NCBI GenBank assembly: GCA_039809265.1
Contig: JBDHUR010000005.1
Location: 1-41,977, forward strand
DNA: 41,977 nucleotides
From: Minisyncoccia bacterium
Lineage (GTDB): Bacteria > Patescibacteriota > Minisyncoccia > Phycocordibacterales > UBA9973
Direction of reading: 5' to 3'
Shown here one piece after another: positions 37,052 through 41,977 of this stretch (its first letter is position 1; every line of letters starts with the position of its first letter). The notes under the pieces are model-generated. The model was not told where the DNA came from. It saw nothing but the letters and a program-made list of their open reading frames with translations, and did no database searches. The position numbers and the translations under genes were made by a program.

Positions 37052-38248
37052 ATGACAACAACCCTAGAACCACAAGCAAAAAAAATAAAATGCCAATATT
37101 GCGGTGACTCTCCGACAAACCACAAGTTGGAATACATAGGTACAATACTTGCTGTGCATGTAGAGTCTCGCACAGCAAAAATAACAGCTCGTGCGCCCAA
37201 ATTTGTGAAGAACTTAGTGGACAAGTTTCCAAACTTTTTTGTAGCTTGCTTGAAGTTTTTCGGCTTGGCGCATTTTGAAAATTCTATGGATAAGGTTGCA
37301 TCTTTCCGCTCGCGGATAGTTTGGGAAGAGGCAAATAGGAGGGGAATACAGATGCAGCAGGTCGCAGTCTTTGGCAAGCCGCTTGAGTTATATCGAGCAA
37401 AGATTAAAAACAAGTGGTTTTATTTTGAATCGTTGCCGGTGCCGCCAGAGTTTATGGATTCGGAAGTTGTTTGGGACGATAAAAAGATTTTGAAGAATTA
37501 TCTGAAAGATGCAGGAGTGCCTGTGCCAAAGTATGCTACGCTTTCGCAATTCCACCCGAAAAATTTGCAATCTGTGTTTGCAAATTTTTCGGGCCCCGTC
37601 ATTGTAAAGCCGCGCATCGGCTCGCGAGGTAGGCATACTACTACAAATGTGCATTCGTTTGAAGAGGTGGAGAAAGCTGTAAAGCTGGCGCACGCCATAA
37701 CTCCGTACGTCATGATAGAAGAGCATTTGAGCGGAGACATCTGCAGGGCAACACTGGTAAACGGCAAGCTGGCCGGCTTCTATCGAGCTTCTGCGCCAGC
37801 TGTGGTAGGCGATGGGGTACATACGGTACAAGAGCTGATAGAAGAAAATAATCGCACCAAGCCAGAGCGCGTGCAACCCATAGAAATGACACCCGAGCGG
37901 TACGAATACTTGGCGCGTTCTGGTATGACTTTGGAGTCTGTACCCAAAGTTGGCGAGCGAGTACAACTGACACATAGGACAGGCAGACTTTTTGGCGGCA
38001 GAACAAAGGAAATGATAGACGAACTGCATCCTTCGTTTGTGCCATTCTTGGAAAAAGCTGGGAAGACTGTCGCCTTGGCTGTTGCAGGCTTTGATGTGGT
38101 AGTGCCAGACCCGACGGCAGACCAAGCTTCCCAAAAATGGGGGATCATAGAATGCAACACTTTGCCTTTCATAGATTTGCATTACTACGCGCTGGAGGGC
38201 AAGCCGCGCAACATCGCTGGCATGATTTGGGATTTGTGGGAGAAGTAG
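37052..38248 (+). CDS. ATP-grasp ligase, cyanophycin synthetase / GshF C-terminal-like
   Basis: DDK...K..L..AGVPVP, P.IVKP..GSRG, IEE, P.VVGDG.HTV.ELIE..N, GFD, IIECN..P; N-terminal CxxC. Confidence 0.8.
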   Translation: MTTTLEPQAKKIKCQYCGDSPTNHKLEYIGTILAVHVESRTAKITARAPKFVKNLVDKFPNFFVACLKFFGLAHFENSMDKVASFRSRIVWEEANRRGIQMQQVAVFGKPLELYRAKIKNKWFYFESLPVPPEFMDSEVVWDDKKILKNYLKDAGVPVPKYATLSQFHPKNLQSVFANFSGPVIVKPRIGSRGRHTTTNVHSFEEVEKAVKLAHAITPYVMIEEHLSGDICRATLVNGKLAGFYRASAPAVVGDGVHTVQELIEENNRTKPERVQPIEMTPERYEYLARSGMTLESVPKVGERVQLTHRTGRLFGGRTKEMIDELHPSFVPFLEKAGKTVALAVAGFDVVVPDPTADQASQKWGIIECNTLPFIDLHYYALEGKPRNIAGMIWDLWEK

Positions 38249-38289
38249 TATAATCGGCAGATAGCAATTAGTTGTGTAATTAAAATAAT

Positions 38290-38991
38290 ATGAAAAAAAT
38301 AATTTCGATAATCATAGTTTTGGCAATCGTTGCACTCGGCGCATATTTTTATCTTACCCGCCCAGTGGCAGAGCCTACCGAAAACATCCAAGACCAAGTT
38401 ACACCCGTAACTGTAGACGATACAACTTCAGACACAGTCGGCGGTGCTAGTACGGGGGACTGGAAGACATACCGCATAGACTCTGTTTCCAAAGTTTCTT
38501 TTTCCATTAAGGAAGTTTTGCGTGAGAAGCCTTTCACTGCTGTCGGCACGACAAGCCAAGTAGCGGGAGAAATGAAAATAAAAGAAACTGGCGTGGCAAC
38601 AAAGCAATACACTCTTGCTCTCGGAGAAGTGAAAATAGATGCAAGAACATTCAAGACGGATGATGAGAAGCGCGACGGCATGATAGTGCGTGGAATACTT
38701 GTTTCTGAAAAAGCAGGCAATGAGTACATAACATTTACGCCAGCAGACAAAACTGTAACTTTTGAAAACGGCAAAGAGTTTACGCTAAATGGCACGCTTA
38801 AAGTTTCCAGCATTTCAAAGCCTGTGGTTTTGAAAATAACTGCAAATGTAGACGGCTCAAAAATAACAGGTAAAATGAGCGCAACCATAAAGCGTTCTGA
38901 CTACAGTCTCACTATCCCCGACGTGCCATTTGTAGCAAGTGTGGATGATGCATTTGACATTTCCGCAGACATATCAGCTTCTCAAAGATAA
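38290..38991 (+). CDS. YceI-like lipid/polyisoprenoid-binding protein, membrane anchored
   Basis: N-terminal TM; Y.ID..S.V.F, F.TD...RD, G.L.V....KPV, I.RSDY. Confidence 0.8.
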   Translation: MKKIISIIIVLAIVALGAYFYLTRPVAEPTENIQDQVTPVTVDDTTSDTVGGASTGDWKTYRIDSVSKVSFSIKEVLREKPFTAVGTTSQVAGEMKIKETGVATKQYTLALGEVKIDARTFKTDDEKRDGMIVRGILVSEKAGNEYITFTPADKTVTFENGKEFTLNGTLKVSSISKPVVLKITANVDGSKITGKMSATIKRSDYSLTIPDVPFVASVDDAFDISADISASQR

Positions 38992-38994
38992 AAT

Positions 38995-40140
38995 ATGTCC
39001 AATAAAAAAGATATTTCAAAAGAAGCTTTAGCGCTTCATAAAAAGCTTGGCGGTAAAATATCTGTCGTACCGGCAAAAGCTGTAAAAAACAGGGATGACC
39101 TTTCTCTTATATACACTCCTGGAGTAGGCGCAGTTTCTTCCTTTCTTGCAAAAAACAAAAAAGAGGCAGGCAAATATACAATGAAAGGCAAAACTGTGGC
39201 TGTGGTTTCGGATGGTTCTGCTGTTTTGGGGCTTGGGAATATTGGCCCCGAAGGTGCCTTGCCCGTCATGGAAGGCAAGGCAGTGCTTTTCAAGTCTCTG
39301 GCTGGAGTTGATGCTTTTCCCATAGTGCTGGATACTCAGGATGCAAAAGAGATAGTGAACACAGTGCTTCGCATCGCGCCAAACTTTGGCGGGATAAACT
39401 TGGAAGATATTGCTGCACCCAAGTGCTTTGATGTGGAGAGGGAGCTAAAGCAAAAGCTTGATATACCCGTGATACACGACGATCAGCACGGCACAGCCAT
39501 AGTTGTCCTTGCGGGACTGATAAATGCTTGCAAGGTGGCAGGTAAGAGTTTGAAGAAAATTTCTGTGGTTGTAAGCGGTGCCGGCGCAGCCGGCACCGCC
39601 ATCTCCAACCTACTTCTCTTGTATAGAGTAAAAGATGTGCGTGTACTGGACAGTGTAGGGCTGCTTTCTGCTTCCCGTAAAGACCTTTCTGCTTACAAGC
39701 TAGATTTGGCAAGGCGTACCAACCCCAAGAATATTTCCGGCGGTATGGATGAAGCTATGCAAAATGCAGATGTATTTGTGGGTGTATCCAAACCTGGAGT
39801 ACTTTTGCCAAAGTACATAAAGCTGATGAATGAAAAGCCGATAATTTTCGCCTTGGCAAACCCTGTACCAGAGATAATGCCAGATGCAGCGCTTGCTGCC
39901 GGAGCTTTTGTAGTAGCGACAGGTAGATCCGACTTTCCGAACCAAATCAACAACGCTTTAGTTTTCCCAGGACTTTTCAAGGGTGCATTGAAAAATAAAG
40001 TACAAAGTATTTCAGATAAAATGAAAATAAAAGCTGCGCAAAACTTGGCAAAAATGGTAAAGAATCCAAAAAAGAACAAAATAATCTCTGGAGTATTTGA
40101 AGCTGGTGTGGCTGATGCTGTTGCAAAAGCAATAAAGTAG
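38995..40140 (+). CDS. NAD(P)-dependent malic enzyme
   Basis: YTPGV, SDGSAVLGLGNIG, PVMEGKA.LFK, NLEDI, HDDQHGTA, GAGAAG, TGRSDFPNQINN. Confidence 0.96.
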   Translation: MSNKKDISKEALALHKKLGGKISVVPAKAVKNRDDLSLIYTPGVGAVSSFLAKNKKEAGKYTMKGKTVAVVSDGSAVLGLGNIGPEGALPVMEGKAVLFKSLAGVDAFPIVLDTQDAKEIVNTVLRIAPNFGGINLEDIAAPKCFDVERELKQKLDIPVIHDDQHGTAIVVLAGLINACKVAGKSLKKISVVVSGAGAAGTAISNLLLLYRVKDVRVLDSVGLLSASRKDLSAYKLDLARRTNPKNISGGMDEAMQNADVFVGVSKPGVLLPKYIKLMNEKPIIFALANPVPEIMPDAALAAGAFVVATGRSDFPNQINNALVFPGLFKGALKNKVQSISDKMKIKAAQNLAKMVKNPKKNKIISGVFEAGVADAVAKAIK

Positions 40141-40184
40141 TTGGATTAGAAAAAAACTTTTAAATATGGTAGTCTAAGAACAAT

Positions 40185-40274
40185 GGAGACGTGGCTGAGT
40201 GGTCGAAAGCACCTCACTGCTAACGAGGCAGGGCGTAAAAACCCTCGACGGTTCGAATCCGTCCGTCTCCGCCA
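40185..40274 (+). tRNA. tRNA-Ser (anticodon GCU)
   Basis: GGAGACG/CGTCTCC acceptor, G discriminator + CCA, CT-GCT-AA loop, long variable arm, GGTTCGAATCC. Confidence 0.96.
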
Positions 40275-41767
40275 AAATTGGAAATCGGAATCAGAGCCCG
40301 AAATGGGGTCGGCGCGAAGCGCCGACACTCCTCTCTTCCCCCCAAAAATTCTGAATCTGAAAGGATTTTCCACGCTCCGCGTGGCTCAAAAAGTACGGTT
40401 CGATCCTTAATTTGAAAGTTCGAACCGACTTTTTTGAACAAATGAAGTTTTTCTTCATTTGTTTCCTCGTTTGCCAATTCCATATTGTATTTCAAAAACT
40501 TTTCCGTAAGTTCGAACCGATTATTCGCTTTTTGCTCAAAAGCCGATAATTTCTCTTTGAGAAGCTGTTTTGAGGCAACGAGTGTACCCTTGGCATCACG
40601 ATATTCTTCAAGTGATAATGCGCTCTCTAGGTATGCTGTCATCAGCTTCTCAATTTTGGTATCAAGAAGAGAAATTTCGGCTTTCAAACCATCAGAAAAA
40701 AGCGTACTCGATTGGATTTCGGATGATTGGTCTTTTTGGTTCTCCTCAATCATCCAAGAAAGCCAATCGAGTGGCAAAGAAACTTTTTTGATTTCCTCCT
40801 GTATTTGAGAAGTGATGAGCTCCTCGCGGACATATTTCTGCTCACAAGGATTTTTCCGTTTTGTACAACGCAGATAGTTATGACCTTTTTGCGTTTCGGT
40901 GGTAACAAAGCACCCACATTCTCCGCAACGGAAAAATCCTCGGTAAAGATACGACTTTAACCCGCGAGACTTCGGTTTCGACTTTCGGCTCATCACTCCC
41001 TGAACAGAATCAAAAAGTTTCTTTGAGATAATCGGTTCGTGCTTGCCCTCAAAAATCTCTCCGTTGTATAACATCAAACCCGTGTAGATAGGATTTTTGA
41101 GAAGTTTTTGATAATTCGACACCGCAAGTTCCTTTCCGCTTTTTCGCTTCAATCCAAGTCCATTAAACTTGTAGCGAAGTTCGCGCAAAGTGAAGTTGCC
41201 TGTGGCGTATGCCTCAAATGTCTTTTTGATAAGCGGAGCAATCTCGCTATCAAGCACAATCTTGCCATTTTCATTGATGTATCCCAACGGAGACATTTGA
41301 GGCCATATACCTTCCTTCACTTTGTTGCGCTTCCCACGCTTGATATTCTCACTCAAGTTATCAACGTAGTACTTGGATTGCGAAAAAGCGATTGAGAGCA
41401 TGAATTTTCCTTGCGGTGTCGGATCAAACCAAAAAGTTGGAAATTTCATCTCACTAATTACGCCTGTATCAACGAGATAAATTATCTTTCCACCATCAAC
41501 GCTATTTCTCGCGAGTCTATCGGGATGCCACGCCAAAATACCAGTGGCTTCGCCTTTCTCCATTCGCTCTAACATTTCACCAAATACAGGGCGACCTGGT
41601 ATTTTGGCGGTCTGCTTCTCGACAAAGACATCTACCACTTCCAGCTGCTCTTTCAACGCCAAGTCCTTTAACTCCGAAAGTTGGTCAGCAATACTGCGGA
41701 CTTGTCTGTCTTTGTCGTCCGTAGACTTGCGAGTGTAGATGAAAAACTTATTGGTTTGATTATTCAT
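40220..41767 (-). CDS. Large serine recombinase (resolvase + recombinase + zinc-ribbon + coiled coil); 3' end runs into the antisense of tRNA-Ser
   Basis: YTRKST catalytic Ser, GRP.F..M, DRLARN, P.GY, L.NP.Y.G, HEPIIS..LF..VQ, CGECG...Y.RC...C. Confidence 0.95.
   Translation of the reverse strand: MNNQTNKFFIYTRKSTDDKDRQVRSIADQLSELKDLALKEQLEVVDVFVEKQTAKIPGRPVFGEMLERMEKGEATGILAWHPDRLARNSVDGGKIIYLVDTGVISEMKFPTFWFDPTPQGKFMLSIAFSQSKYYVDNLSENIKRGKRNKVKEGIWPQMSPLGYINENGKIVLDSEIAPLIKKTFEAYATGNFTLRELRYKFNGLGLKRKSGKELAVSNYQKLLKNPIYTGLMLYNGEIFEGKHEPIISKKLFDSVQGVMSRKSKPKSRGLKSYLYRGFFRCGECGCFVTTETQKGHNYLRCTKRKNPCEQKYVREELITSQIQEEIKKVSLPLDWLSWMIEENQKDQSSEIQSSTLFSDGLKAEISLLDTKIEKLMTAYLESALSLEEYRDAKGTLVASKQLLKEKLSAFEQKANNRFELTEKFLKYNMELANEETNEEKLHLFKKVGSNFQIKDRTVLFEPRGAWKILSDSEFLGGREECRRFAPTPFRALIPISNFGGDGRIRTVEGFYALPR
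40269..40387 (+). repeat. Left copy of 119-bp perfect inverted repeat (includes tRNA 3' CCGCCA; lies inside the recombinase 3' end)
   Basis: Base-by-base reverse complement of 41786-41904. Confidence 0.97.
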
Positions 41768-41785
41768 ATAGCATTGGCAAACGAC

Positions 41786-41904
41786 GAGCCACGCGGAGCG
41801 TGGAAAATCCTTTCAGATTCAGAATTTTTGGGGGGAAGAGAGGAGTGTCGGCGCTTCGCGCCGACCCCATTTCGGGCTCTGATTCCGATTTCCAATTTTG
41901 GCGG
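41786..41904 (-). repeat. Right copy of 119-bp perfect inverted repeat, 18 bp upstream of the recombinase start codon
   Basis: Base-by-base reverse complement of 40269-40387. Confidence 0.97.
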
Positions 41905-41977
41905 TGTTTGTTGGACAAAGTTCGAATGTATTTTGAGCAGAACCCTAACGAAGAATGAAATGCGCCTCGGACACGCT

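Larger units (their letters stand above)
40269..41904. mobile_element. Minimal tRNA-associated serine-recombinase element bounded by inverted repeats (putatively invertible)
   Basis: Recombinase is the only gene between the IRs; left boundary coincides with the tRNA-Ser 3' end. Confidence 0.7.

Noticed and set aside
1054-39945. Many long antisense ORFs over fusA, tuf, r-proteins, ftsH, recG and the ATP-grasp gene
   Set aside because: Typical shadow ORFs opposite well-identified genes, with no motifs or expression signals.
40146-40410. 75-aa ORFs on both strands over tRNA-Ser as independent genes
   Set aside because: Shadows of the tRNA and IR; the minus one matters only as the -1 frame of the recombinase tail.
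1-41977. Alternative genetic code (UGA recoding as in Gracilibacteria/Absconditabacteria)
   Set aside because: Conserved genes are full length under code 11 and map terminates at TGA (21002-21004).

Overview
A housekeeping region from what is most likely a Patescibacteria/CPR (Parcubacteria-like) genome. This is an inference from the absence of rpmD in the spc cluster, A/U-rich SD-less starts, a stand-alone VirD4-like ATPase and r-protein tail extensions. Bases 1-21004 hold the str/S10/spc cluster (rpsL to secY, adk, map). It is interrupted by a 1164-aa surface protein plus a small membrane gene (between fusA and tuf), by internal promoters before rpsS and rpsN, and by an inverted cmk; rpmC and rpmD are absent from their usual positions. 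Next come a VirD4/TrwB-like ATPase, ndk, a beta-CASP nuclease, a LOG-family protein, infC-rpmI-rplT, truB-smpB-tmRNA-ftsH, tRNA-Ile(UAU), recG, a sensor-less two-component pair, an ATP-grasp ligase, YceI, malic enzyme and tRNA-Ser(GCU). The most striking feature is at the right end: a large serine recombinase gene enclosed by a perfect 119-bp inverted repeat whose left copy overlaps both the tRNA-Ser CCA end and the gene's own 3' end. It looks like a self-inverting cassette that would swap its C-terminus and its orientation relative to the tRNA promoter. Other candidates are two rod-shaped RNAs with their own promoters (14877-15001 and 24758-24888), tandem micro-ORFs (MRFSFY, MRKTLGGHGGH) with two hairpins ahead of the ATP-grasp gene, and recurrent perfect GC hairpins inside coding sequences. 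All calls were made by eye; no searches or folding programs were run.
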